A DNA stretch of 64,000 nt from Deltaproteobacteria bacterium (lineage in GTDB: Bacteria; Myxococcota_A; Polyangia; Polyangiales; Sandaracinaceae). Shown in pieces: positions 28,530-39,478 of the stretch. Under the pieces are notes generated by a model. It did not search any database. It was not told where the DNA came from and saw only the letters and a list, made by a program, of their open reading frames with translations. The position numbers and the translations under genes were made by a program. Location: positions 9,093 through 73,092 of the forward strand of contig JAFLCL010000003.1 in NCBI GenBank assembly GCA_017303575.1, in the 5' to 3' direction. The stretch's first letter is position 1. Every line of letters begins with the position of its first letter.

Positions 28530-29417
28530 TCACCACACGTAGACGGGCGCGCCCTCGTCGAGGTAGCCGCCGGCCACGGCCGCGTCTCGCTCGCCCGCGT
28601 CGGTGGTGTAGAAGTGATCGTCGCGCGCCGACATCCGGTAGAGCGGACGCGCGCCACAGACAGGGCTCGTCGCGACGTAGCCGAGGATGCCCTCGTAGCT
28701 CGCGCCCGATCCCTCGCAGCCGGCATCCGTCGTGTACAGGCGATGCGCGCGGTTCAAGTAGCAGCGATGGAAGGGCACGAGCCCCGGCTGAGGGCTCGGG
28801 TACACGAAGAAGAACGGATCGATCTCGATGCGGTAGCCACCGCCGACGGCCTCGGCGGCGCTGGTCGTGTAGAAGTGGCCGCCGAGCGAGTCGTGGTACG
28901 CGCGCGCCACGCCCACGCGGCAGCCGCCGAGATCCTCGTCGCACGATCCGTCGCAGTCGTCGTCGGTGGCGTTGCAGCTCTCGCTCGGCGGCGCGCAGAT
29001 CGGCGCGCACGGGTCGGTGCACACGCGCGAGCCGCTCGTGCCGCAGCTGGTCGTGCACGCGCCGGGACCACACGGACACCGATACGCGTCGGGCGCCCAC
29101 GCGTCTCGCCCCGCGTCGCGCGAGAAGGCATCGATGCCGGGCACGAACGCGTCGCGCGAGAACGCATCGGTGCCGGGCACGAACGCGTCGAACGAAGGAG
29201 CGTCGATCGGGGGCGCGTCGAGGCCGGGCGCATCGCCGAGCGGGGCATCGGGGATGAACGCATCGGGAAAGAGCGTGGTCGCGTCCTCGCCGCGCGCGTC
29301 GAGCCCACCCGAGCCCGCGTCGTTCATCGATCGTCCCTGGGCGCATCCGATCTGTGCGCACGCGATCGACCACGCGCCGAGCCACATCACGACGGGAGCC
29401 ACGCGAGCGACGCGCAT
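28530..29417 (-). CDS. secreted protein with Asp/Ala-rich linker, Cys-rich module and HFYTT (DUF5648-like) repeats
   Basis: Signal peptide. DAF/DAP-rich region. Three copies of the HFYTT / RLYTTD / HFYTTD motif. Confidence 0.65.
   Translation of the reverse strand: MRVARVAPVVMWLGAWSIACAQIGCAQGRSMNDAGSGGLDARGEDATTLFPDAFIPDAPLGDAPGLDAPPIDAPSFDAFVPGTDAFSRDAFVPGIDAFSRDAGRDAWAPDAYRCPCGPGACTTSCGTSGSRVCTDPCAPICAPPSESCNATDDDCDGSCDEDLGGCRVGVARAYHDSLGGHFYTTSAAEAVGGGYRIEIDPFFFVYPSPQPGLVPFHRCYLNRAHRLYTTDAGCEGSGASYEGILGYVATSPVCGARPLYRMSARDDHFYTTDAGERDAAVAGGYLDEGAPVYVW
29113..29184. repeat. 36-bp in-frame tandem duplication (2 copies, 3 mismatches)
   Basis: GCGTCGCGCGAGAA(G/C)GCATCG(A/G)TGCCGGGCACGAAC twice. 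Encodes FVPG(T/I)DAFSRDA on the minus strand. Confidence 0.85.
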
Positions 29418-29431
29418 CGGGCGAGGCTACC

Positions 29432-30307
29432 ATGCACGCCGTGTCGACCGCCGAGACCGAGAGCGAGAGCGAGAGCGCCATCCTCGTGCGCACCTCCGAT
29501 GCCATGCGCGCGCGCATGATCCGCGCGCTGCTCGAGGAAGAGGGAATCCCGGTCGCCACGCCCGGCCTCGAGCACCACTCGCTCATGCCGCATGTCGGCG
29601 CGGCGATCGAGATCGTCGTGCGCGTCCCGCAGGGCGAGCTCGATCGCGCGAAGAAGCTCGTGACGGAGATGGAGCGCGAGGTCGACGAGGAGCCCGTTCC
29701 TTCGGAGAACGCGCCGTACCGCGAGGCCGCGAAGAAGAAGCCCGCGCCGCTCTCGCCCAGACTCAAGCGCATCGCGGTGGTCGCGACCTTCCTCTGCCCG
29801 GGAGGCGGGCACTTCTACGTGCAGCGACCTCGTCGCGCGTTCGTCGTGATCGCGGGGTACGTGGCGGCGTTCGTCGCGATGGGCCTCGAGGTGCCGATGT
29901 CGGGCTACCTGCTCGCCGTGCCGTGGCTCGCCGACGTCATCGGCGGGATCGATGGATGCGAGGTGGCCGCGGGCACGCCCGACACGAGCCTGCGTCGCTT
30001 CGCCTCGTTCGCTGCCCACGCGCTCATCGCGCTTTGGTCCGTGCTCGCCCTCGGTCCATTGCTCCCGCTGCTCGCCGGGGAGGGGAGCGTCACGTTCTGC
30101 AGCTACCTCGCGCGCTGCGAGGCACGCGAGGAGCACCGCTGCTTGCTCGACGCGGCGAACGCGGGGCCCGCGCTGCCCGAGCCCGTGTGCCTCGCGTGCA
30201 TCCGTCGCGAGGAGACGTGCGAGGCGGTGGTGACGGGCTGTCAGGAGCAGTGCTGGCCCGAGCCCGAGCCCGCACCGTTCGACCCGTACTCGGGCTTCGC
30301 GTTTTGA
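29432..30307 (+). CDS. membrane protein with N-terminal DUF2007-like domain and Cys-rich tail
   Basis: ATG 29432. AILVRTSDAMRARMIRALLEEEGIPV resembles DUF2007. 3-4 TM helices. C-terminal segment with 8 Cys. Confidence 0.55.
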   Translation: MHAVSTAETESESESAILVRTSDAMRARMIRALLEEEGIPVATPGLEHHSLMPHVGAAIEIVVRVPQGELDRAKKLVTEMEREVDEEPVPSENAPYREAAKKKPAPLSPRLKRIAVVATFLCPGGGHFYVQRPRRAFVVIAGYVAAFVAMGLEVPMSGYLLAVPWLADVIGGIDGCEVAAGTPDTSLRRFASFAAHALIALWSVLALGPLLPLLAGEGSVTFCSYLARCEAREEHRCLLDAANAGPALPEPVCLACIRREETCEAVVTGCQEQCWPEPEPAPFDPYSGFAF

Positions 30308-30371
30308 CCTCACACGCCGCGCGGGCCCGCCCTTGCGCCCACCGACACGCCGTGAATGATCGCCGGTCCTC

Positions 30372-32291
30372 GTGATCGGAGACGACAAAGTCGCGGAGGT
30401 CCGTGAGCGCACCGACATCGTGCAGCTCATCGGCGAGTACGTCGTGCTCAAGCGCGCGGGCGCGAGCTTCAAGGGGCTCTGTCCCTTTCACTCCGAGAAG
30501 TCGCCCTCGTTCCACGTGAACCCGCAGCGGCAGTTCTTCCACTGCTTCGGGTGTCAGGCGTCGGGGGACGTCTTCAAGTTCGTCATGCAGCTCGAGGGTC
30601 GATCGTTCCCCGAGGCGCTGCGTCAGCTCGCGGATCGTGCGGGCGTGGAGCTGCCGCAGATGGAGGCGCGCGAGAGCGACGCCGTGCGACGCGAGAAGGC
30701 CAAGCGCGAGCGCCTGACCGCGATCACCGAGTCGGCCGCGGGCTTCTTCCTCGAGATGCTCGCCAAGCATCCGCACGCGCACCTCGCGCGCGCCGAGATC
30801 GCGAAGCGCGCGATGAAGGACGACACCATCGCGACCTACCGCCTCGGGTACGCGCCGCACGGCTGGGACACGCTCGCCAAGCACCTCGGCTCGCGCGGCT
30901 TCTCGCTCGCAGAGTGCGAAGAGGCGGGCCTCGTGGTGCCGCGCAAGGCAGGCGATGGTCACTACGACCGCTTCCGCCATCGCCTCATGTTCCCGATCGC
31001 CGACGTGCACGGGAAGATCGTCGCGTTCTCGGGGCGCTCGCTCGATCTGCCGGCGGGCGAGAAGCTCACCGGTGATCCGCCGGCGAAGTACGTGAACAGC
31101 CCCGAAGGTCCGCTCTACAAGAAGAGCGAGCTGTTGTTCGGTCTGCACGAGGCGCGGGTCGAGCTGCGCCGTGAGGGCGTCGCGATCTTGTGTGAGGGCA
31201 ACTTCGACGTGCTCGCGGTTCACCAAGCCGGGCTCAAGCACGTCGTCGCGCCGCTCGGCACGGCGTTCACGCTCGCGCAGGCCAAGCTGATGAAGCGCTA
31301 CGTCGCGAAGGTCGTGGTGCTCTTCGACGGCGACAGCGCAGGCAAGAAGGCCACGCGCGCCGCGGCACCGCTGCTCCGCGAGGCAGGCCTGCTCGGCGTG
31401 GTGGTCGCGCTCCCCGCAGGCGAAGACCCCGACAGCTTCCTGCGCACGCGAGGCGCGGACGCGCTCAAGCAGCTCGTGGCCACAGCGCCCACCATGCTCG
31501 ATCACTTGATCGACGGAGGCGCGTCGGAGGCGGGCTCCGACCCGGCAGCCCGCGCCCAGGCGATCGAGGCGCTCGGTCCCGTGCTCGCGACGGTCGACAA
31601 CCCCGTCGAGATCGGCCTCTACATCGAACGCGTCGCGCAGGCGTTCCAGATCAACGATCTGCAGTCGGTGCGACAGCAGCTGCGGCGAGGCGTCATGGCC
31701 GCGCGGGGGGCGGCTCGACCTCGCCGCGATCCCGGGGGCGATGCCCGAGGGCACGCGGGCCCGCCCGCGCCCCCGCCGCCGGAACAGCCTGCCCCAGGAA
31801 CGCCGCGCATCCCACCGGCCAAGGATCTCTCGCAAATTCCGGGGGTCGAGCGCGATCTGGTGGGCTGTCTCCTCGACCAGCCCCACGCCTTCGATGCGGC
31901 CACGGCCGAAAAAATCCCGGAGCTTTTGACGAGCCGGGAAATGGAAGCCATCTTTCGCGCCGCTCTCCGGCAGGCGTCCGTCCATGGGACGGTCGTCGCG
32001 TCGTCGCTTCTCGAGGATCTCGAGAAGGACGGCCTGACGCATGGTCCTGCGCGGAGGTGGCTCGAGGAGAGGCTGGCCCTGCAGACGTTCGATGCCGCGA
32101 GCGCCCAGTCCTTCCTCGAGACCGCGATGCCCCTGCTCCGCAAGCAACAGATCGAGAGAGAGCAACGAGAGCTGATGCGACGGATCCAGGAAGCGCTGCG
32201 TGAAGGAAACCAAGAGCTCGCGGCCGAGCTGATGACGCTGAGGGATGCGCTCTTCCGAGCAGGAGGAGCGCTCCAACGCGGGCGTCGTTGA
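30372..32291 (+). CDS. dnaG: DNA primase
   Basis: CHC2 zinc finger [31 protein letters not shown] motifs ([23 protein letters not shown]). GTG 30372. Confidence 0.95.
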   Translation: MIGDDKVAEVRERTDIVQLIGEYVVLKRAGASFKGLCPFHSEKSPSFHVNPQRQFFHCFGCQASGDVFKFVMQLEGRSFPEALRQLADRAGVELPQMEARESDAVRREKAKRERLTAITESAAGFFLEMLAKHPHAHLARAEIAKRAMKDDTIATYRLGYAPHGWDTLAKHLGSRGFSLAECEEAGLVVPRKAGDGHYDRFRHRLMFPIADVHGKIVAFSGRSLDLPAGEKLTGDPPAKYVNSPEGPLYKKSELLFGLHEARVELRREGVAILCEGNFDVLAVHQAGLKHVVAPLGTAFTLAQAKLMKRYVAKVVVLFDGDSAGKKATRAAAPLLREAGLLGVVVALPAGEDPDSFLRTRGADALKQLVATAPTMLDHLIDGGASEAGSDPAARAQAIEALGPVLATVDNPVEIGLYIERVAQAFQINDLQSVRQQLRRGVMAARGAARPRRDPGGDARGHAGPPAPPPPEQPAPGTPRIPPAKDLSQIPGVERDLVGCLLDQPHAFDAATAEKIPELLTSREMEAIFRAALRQASVHGTVVASSLLEDLEKDGLTHGPARRWLEERLALQTFDAASAQSFLETAMPLLRKQQIEREQRELMRRIQEALREGNQELAAELMTLRDALFRAGGALQRGRR

Positions 32292-32356
32292 GCGACGGGT
32301 CGGTAGAGGTTAGAAGGCCGCGCTTCGCTCCAGGGCGAACGCGAGACGAGGTAGCG

Positions 32357-34375
<2,019 letters not shown>

Positions 34376-34390
34376 TTCGCCCTCCCGCTC

Positions 34391-34408
34391 CGGCCGCTGA
34401 TGCGGCCG
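34391..34408 (+). terminator. GC hairpin after rpoD
   Basis: CGGCCGC-tgat-GCGGCCG, 16 nt after the stop. Confidence 0.35.
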
Positions 34409-34527
34409 CTGCGCGCGGGGCCCAGCCCAGCTTGCTCCACACCAGTACGGGCGCGGCCCGGCTTTCACGAGTCGGGCCGTCTTCGTGGAGCGTCGTCTCG
34501 GACGCTCGGCGCGACGAAGAGGTCGAG

Positions 34528-34911
34528 ATGCCCCGCGTGTTCTGCCGCGACGGCGGTTGGGTGTATGGAACGCACGTCCCGATTCGGAGGGACTCTGGGG
34601 TGTATTGCGCCGGGCCCGACGACCGCGTGCCGTGCAACCAGCTGGAGTGCGAACAGTGCAGCTCGCCCGTGAAGCACGTCGAGGGCGTGAAGGTGCGCGG
34701 CCGCTGGTCCAAGGCGGGCCTCGCGGTGCTCTATGACTCGAGCGATCCGCAGGTCTGGCTCGACGATGTCGACACGAGCCCCGAGTACCGCCTCTATCTC
34801 TGTCGCTGCTGCTGGTACTCGACGCCGGGGGCCAACCCCGTCGGGCACCTCGACACCAAGGACATCGACCATTGGGCGTGCGCCGGACACCCGAGCGACG
34901 CGTCGGACTGA
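34528..34911 (+). CDS. small Cys-rich hypothetical protein (127 aa)
   Basis: ATG 34528 preceded by GAAGAGG. Clean GC3 codon bias. 10 Cys, including CNQLECEQC and CRCCW. Confidence 0.55.
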   Translation: MPRVFCRDGGWVYGTHVPIRRDSGVYCAGPDDRVPCNQLECEQCSSPVKHVEGVKVRGRWSKAGLAVLYDSSDPQVWLDDVDTSPEYRLYLCRCCWYSTPGANPVGHLDTKDIDHWACAGHPSDASD

Positions 34912-34929
34912 CCGACCTGTCGCTCAGCG

Positions 34930-35250
34930 CGTCGCGCAGACCTCGAACGGCTCGCGCGGATCACGTCGTCGTCGACGAGGACGCCGAGCTCGAGCCACTG
35001 TCACCCTCGTTCCGGCTCACGACGACCGTTCGTGCATCGATGTCGACGATCCACATCCACAGCACGCCTACCTGCGCGTAGAGCGGCCGCTTGATGGGCT
35101 GATCGTGCGCGCGTGCTCGGGGGCAAGACCTCGCACACCCAGTCAGGCACGAGCTCGGGCACTCGCTCCTTGCGCCAGCCCGCCACGTCTGTGCTCAGGT
35201 CGTCGACGCGCCTCGAGAGCGGCACAGCGCGCGCGAACGTCGGCGACGCT
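34930..35250 (-). pseudogene. Uma2-family (DUF820) endonuclease remnant, 5'-truncated with multiple frameshifts
   Basis: Pieces in three frames: DVAGWRKERVPELVPDWVCEVLPPSTRA / HDQPIKRPLYAQVGVLWMWIVDIDARTVVVSRNEGD / WLELGVLVDDDVIRA / EPFEV. Read in order, they follow the Uma2 C-terminal half. Confidence 0.45.
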
Positions 35251-36985
35251 GGACCCACGTCGCGCACGCGATCGCGAGGATCCACGCGAGCGATGACGGT
35301 GTGCTGCGCGACCCGGCGCGACAGGAGCAGCCGTTCGACATCGTGATCGGGCCTGCGTCTGGGGTGCGCGCGCCGACGTCCGACGTGCTGGCCGCATCGC
35401 GTGCGCCGCCGTCGATCACGCTTGCCGCGGCGTCGACTCCGGGCAGGGCAGCGTCGTCTCCCACGGAGACCGACGCGTCCCCGACGGTGACCGACCCATC
35501 CCCCTCGACCGAGGCGGCGTCTTCGTCGATCACCAGGACGAACGCGTCGTCCCCCGTGCTCGCGTCGATCCCCGTGAACGCGTCGATCCCCGTGAACGCG
35601 TCGATGACGGCGAACGCGTCGACGCCCGCGTCGCGGCTCACCGACGCGTCGGCGCGCACGGACGCGTCGGGCATCGAGACGCCCGCGTCGAGGCCCGCAG
35701 CCGCTCGCTCGTACGCGCCGCGATCCACGCCGCCGCCCGAGGGCACGGGCACTCCGTCGAGATCGGTCGTGAAGCGCGCCGTCGTGCCGACATCGATCGC
35801 GGGGCTGCCTGCGCGGAGGTGCATGTCGCGCATCGCCGCGTTCACGAAGAGCGGGTCGGCGACGAGATCGGTGGAGTCCGCGGTGAGGCCGAGCGTGACG
35901 CCTGCGGGAAACACGTTGTGCGTGTGCACGAGCGTGCCCGGGCGCTGGAAGATGCGCCCGGCGGTGGAGGCGATCACGTTGTTCCGGAACGTGAACGCCG
36001 CGGCAGTGGCCGCGCTGCTGAACCAGAAGATCGTCGTGCTCGAGGTCTCGACGATCGTGTTGTTGGTGAACGAGCAGTCGACGAAGTCGGCGGCGAAGCC
36101 ATCGCCGCCGTTGTGCAGGGCGAAGAAGCCGTTGTTGTCGATCGCGAGGTTGTACGCGACCGAGACGCGCGCGATGGTCTCGCCGCTCCCGCTTCCGCCC
36201 TCGGTGAAGCCCTCGGAGTCGAGCACGACGTTGTGGTGGATCGAGACGTCGGAGGTCGTGTCGTAGAGCTCGACGAAGCCGCCATCGACGGTGAAGTCGT
36301 AGCTCGGCGCCACGAGCCTCTCGGCGCGGTTGTAGGAGATCTCGATGTTCGAGCCGGAGAGCACGATCCCGTTGGCGCCGTAGTCGTCGTCGCCGCCCAT
36401 GGTGTTCACGACCATCGTGCCGTCGTGGAACACGTTCCGCGTGATGAGGAGGTTGGGCGCGAACGCGACCACGCCCACGCCCACGTGGTGGATGTCGCAG
36501 TGGCGAACGGTGACGTGGCCGAGGCTGCCGTCGATGTAGATGCCCGCGTAGTGTGCGTTCGAGAGCTCGAGCCCGTCGATCACGACGTAGCTGCCCTCGA
36601 TCGAGATCATGCGGCGATCGGTGGTGCCCGTCGGGTTCCTCAAGATCGGCGCCGCGCCCGTGCCGTAGCGCGTGATCGTGATCGGCATCGCGGCCGTGCC
36701 CGACTCGCTCGTCCGGAGGCGGAGGCCCGCATCGCCGAGCGCGCTGAGATCGAAGTCGCTCCCTGCGCGCAGGTAGACGTTGTCGCCCGCGCGCAGCGTG
36801 GCCGCGCTCTCGAGGTGATCGATGGTGCGCCACGCGTTCGCAGCGCTCCGGCCGTCGCGTGCGTCGTCGCCCGAGACTCCGTCGACGTAGTAGTCGAGGG
36901 CGAACGCGCGCGTGGGGAGGAGCGAGGCGAGAGCGACGACGAGCAGTGAAACGAGGCGACGAGGCTCGCGCCGCGCCGCGCTCAC
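35195..36985 (-). CDS. secreted right-handed beta-helix protein with MYXO-CTERM-type tail
   Basis: GTG 36985 overlaps the upstream stop (GTGA). Signal peptide ending PTRAFA/LD. Beta-helix rungs (NxxIxxN-type: HCDIHH, ITRNVFHDG, ISYNRAE, IHHNVVLDS, FTNNTIV, FRNNVIA). Tail GCSCRAG..LAWILAIACATWVQRRRR. Confidence 0.8.
   Translation of the reverse strand: MSAARREPRRLVSLLVVALASLLPTRAFALDYYVDGVSGDDARDGRSAANAWRTIDHLESAATLRAGDNVYLRAGSDFDLSALGDAGLRLRTSESGTAAMPITITRYGTGAAPILRNPTGTTDRRMISIEGSYVVIDGLELSNAHYAGIYIDGSLGHVTVRHCDIHHVGVGVVAFAPNLLITRNVFHDGTMVVNTMGGDDDYGANGIVLSGSNIEISYNRAERLVAPSYDFTVDGGFVELYDTTSDVSIHHNVVLDSEGFTEGGSGSGETIARVSVAYNLAIDNNGFFALHNGGDGFAADFVDCSFTNNTIVETSSTTIFWFSSAATAAAFTFRNNVIASTAGRIFQRPGTLVHTHNVFPAGVTLGLTADSTDLVADPLFVNAAMRDMHLRAGSPAIDVGTTARFTTDLDGVPVPSGGGVDRGAYERAAAGLDAGVSMPDASVRADASVSRDAGVDAFAVIDAFTGIDAFTGIDASTGDDAFVLVIDEDAASVEGDGSVTVGDASVSVGDDAALPGVDAAASVIDGGARDAASTSDVGARTPDAGPITMSNGCSCRAGSRSTPSSLAWILAIACATWVQRRRRSRALCRSRGASTT
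35555..35626. repeat. 18-bp in-frame tandem repeat, 4 copies
   Basis: CGTG(CT/AA)CGCGTCGATCCC-type units at 35555, 35573, 35591 and 35609. Encode the (G/V)IDAFT repeats of the beta-helix protein linker. Confidence 0.85.
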
Positions 36986-39249
36986 GAGCGCGCTCCGCGA
37001 CGGCGCAGCACCAGCGCGAGGAGCAAGAGAAGCGAGCACGCGAGGCCGGTGTGACTCGACGTTCCTGCCTGCGTGGTGCGACACGCACAGCCCACGCTCG
37101 GCGGTCCGATGATCGTCGTGTCGGCGTCGATCGTGGCCATCGAGCCGGTGTCGCTGGGGCCTCCATCGTGCGGGCCCGCGTCGCGCGCGCCTGCGTCCGC
37201 GATGCCCGCATCGGGCGTAGGCATCGGCGACCCGGCGTCGTCCTCGAGAGGCGCGCCAGCGTCGTCGTCGGTGGGCGGAGCCGCATCCGGATCGAGCGCC
37301 GCATCGTCGGCGATGCCTGCGTCCGAAGACGCCATCGAGGCATCGGGCGGGATGGAGGCGTCCGGAGGAGGCGGCACGGCGGCGTCGAGCGGCGGCGGTC
37401 CCGCGTCCGGCGCGAAGGTGCAGACCGATCCGAGGCAGACGCGGCCACCGGTGCACTCCGCGTCGCTCGCGCACGAGGTGCGGCACGCCGTCGGTCCGCA
37501 GACGTAGGGATCGCAGGGCTCGCTGCTCGACGCGGGGCATGCGCCGTCGCTGCCCGTGCAGGAGGCGCTCGCGGTCGCGAGCCCGCTCGTGCAGCTGGCA
37601 CCGCGGCACTCGACGCCCGCTGCGACGAACGTGTTCGCGGGGCACGTCGCGCTCGATCCGGTGCACGACTCTGCGACGTCGCAGACCGCGGCCGCCACGC
37701 GACAGACGACGCTCGAGGCTGCGAACGCGTCGTCGGGGCACGTCGCGCTCGATCCGGTGCACGACTCTGCGACGTCGCAGCTGCCCATGCTCGCGCGGCA
37801 GACGGTGGTGCTCGGCGAGACTCGATCCGTCGGGCACGCCGTCGAGGCGCTGGTGCACACCTCGGCGGCGTCGCACGAGCCCGCGGCTGCCCGGCACGTG
37901 ACGGTCGGCGCGCGTGCGGCGCTGAGCGTGGTGCAGCTCCCAGTGCTCGTGCCGCCTGCGGCCGTGGAGCAGGCCTGACAGTCCGTGGTCGAGCCTCCAC
38001 CGCACGCGCTGTTGCAGCACACCCCGTCGACGCAGTTGCCGCTGAGGCAGCTCGAGGCCGTCGTGCAGGCCGTGCCGTCGTCGTCGAGCAGGCCGAAGAC
38101 GTAGGCCTGACGGCGGGTCCCGAGGTTCAGGCCGCCGAAGAGGTCGGTGCCCGAGATCGCGAGCGCAGAGCCGAAGCGCTCGCCCGAGGTCGCGTCCGAC
38201 GCGGTGAGCGTCGTGACGAAGCTCGCGGTGGCGCCCGAGAGCGTGAAGAGGTGCGCGCGCCCCGCACCGAAGAACTCGGAGATGGCGACAGTGCTGCCGT
38301 CGATGTCGACCGTCGCGCCGAAGCGGGCGCCGGAGTGAGCCATGAGCGTCGTCGAACCGCCGCGAGACCAGGTGACACCGACGCGCCGGTAGACCGCCGC
38401 AGCGCCGACCGACGTGTAGCCGCCGTCGTAGTCCGGCTCGCCGATCACCGCGTAGTCGCCATCGATCGCCACCGACTGGCCGAAGTGGTTGCCCGCAGCC
38501 CCGCCGTAGACGTGCGCCTCTTCGGTCCACGTCGAGCCGCTGCGCCGGTAGATGAGCGCGGCGCCCGAGTCGACGCCGGAAGGACCGTCGGCGAGGTCGG
38601 CGCCGATCAAGAGGGCCGTGCCCGAGAGCGACACGTCACGGCCGAAGCCGTTCGTGAGCTCGAACGGGTTGCGGGTGAGCCGCACCTGCTGCGTCCAGCC
38701 GCCGCTGCCGCGAACGAAGACGTACACCGCATCGGTGCCGAGCGGTCCGACAGCGACGTAGTCGCCGTCGATCGTCACGGCGTTTCCGAACTGCGACGAC
38801 GCGAACGAGTCGGAGGCAGGCAGACGCACGCCCGTGTCCCAGACGCCCGCGGTCCGCGTGAAGACGTAGGCCGCGCCGCTCTCCGCTGCGCCGGGCGCGC
38901 TCGTCCGCGGCGCGCCGATCACGACCGAGTCGCCCGAGATGGAGACGGCCGCGCCGAAGCGCTCGGCGGCGACCTCGGGCGCGACGAGCCTCGCTCGCTC
39001 CGTCCAGCCGGTGGGCCCCCGCTCGAACACGTAGACGGCGCCCTGCGCGCCGGCAGGCGTCGTCGCCGCCGGGGCGCCGACGACGGCTGTGTCCCCGTCC
39101 ACGTCGAGCGCCCAGCCGAAGTAGACGCCCGCGGTTCCGTCCGAGGGAGAGAGGATCTGCGTCTGGCCCCAGCTCTGCGCCTCCGCGACGTCACCGAGCG
39201 CGAGCCAACACGTCGTCGCTGCCACTGCGCATCGCAAGAACGTCTTCAT
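36982..39249 (-). CDS. secreted FG-GAP-like beta-propeller protein with Cys-rich repeats and MYXO-CTERM-type tail
   Basis: ATG 39249 preceded by GGGAG. Signal peptide ending VAEA/QS. About 7 repeats of FG..V.IDGD..V(I)GAP...GA.YVF. Three to four copies of C-x5-7-CDVAESCTGSSATCP. Tail GCACRTT..LACSLLLLLALVLRRRG. Confidence 0.8.
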   Translation of the reverse strand: MKTFLRCAVAATTCWLALGDVAEAQSWGQTQILSPSDGTAGVYFGWALDVDGDTAVVGAPAATTPAGAQGAVYVFERGPTGWTERARLVAPEVAAERFGAAVSISGDSVVIGAPRTSAPGAAESGAAYVFTRTAGVWDTGVRLPASDSFASSQFGNAVTIDGDYVAVGPLGTDAVYVFVRGSGGWTQQVRLTRNPFELTNGFGRDVSLSGTALLIGADLADGPSGVDSGAALIYRRSGSTWTEEAHVYGGAAGNHFGQSVAIDGDYAVIGEPDYDGGYTSVGAAAVYRRVGVTWSRGGSTTLMAHSGARFGATVDIDGSTVAISEFFGAGRAHLFTLSGATASFVTTLTASDATSGERFGSALAISGTDLFGGLNLGTRRQAYVFGLLDDDGTACTTASSCLSGNCVDGVCCNSACGGGSTTDCQACSTAAGGTSTGSCTTLSAARAPTVTCRAAAGSCDAAEVCTSASTACPTDRVSPSTTVCRASMGSCDVAESCTGSSATCPDDAFAASSVVCRVAAAVCDVAESCTGSSATCPANTFVAAGVECRGASCTSGLATASASCTGSDGACPASSSEPCDPYVCGPTACRTSCASDAECTGGRVCLGSVCTFAPDAGPPPLDAAVPPPPDASIPPDASMASSDAGIADDAALDPDAAPPTDDDAGAPLEDDAGSPMPTPDAGIADAGARDAGPHDGGPSDTGSMATIDADTTIIGPPSVGCACRTTQAGTSSHTGLACSLLLLLALVLRRRGARS

Positions 39250-39478
39250 CACGATCTCCCTCGCGGAACGGCGCCGACTCGGCGCCCGATTCACGGCGAC
39301 TATGTGCCGAGCGATTCGAGCCGGCCGTCGCTTGGCCGGAGATATCGAGTCCCCCCCGCGCCCGCCTCCGTTCGCGATCCGCGCACGGGTCGAACGACGC
39401 AATCCTGTCAGGGCCCTGTCACCTTGGAGCGTTCGCGCGCTTGCCGGACGCGTCCGATGACGCGACAACGCGTGGGCC

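Noticed and set aside
35001-38000. 999-aa minus-strand ORF
   Set aside because: It is an alternative frame of the beta-helix and FG-GAP genes and encodes Arg/Pro/Ala junk. Only its last 35 codons or so are meaningful, and those belong to the Uma2 remnant reported separately.
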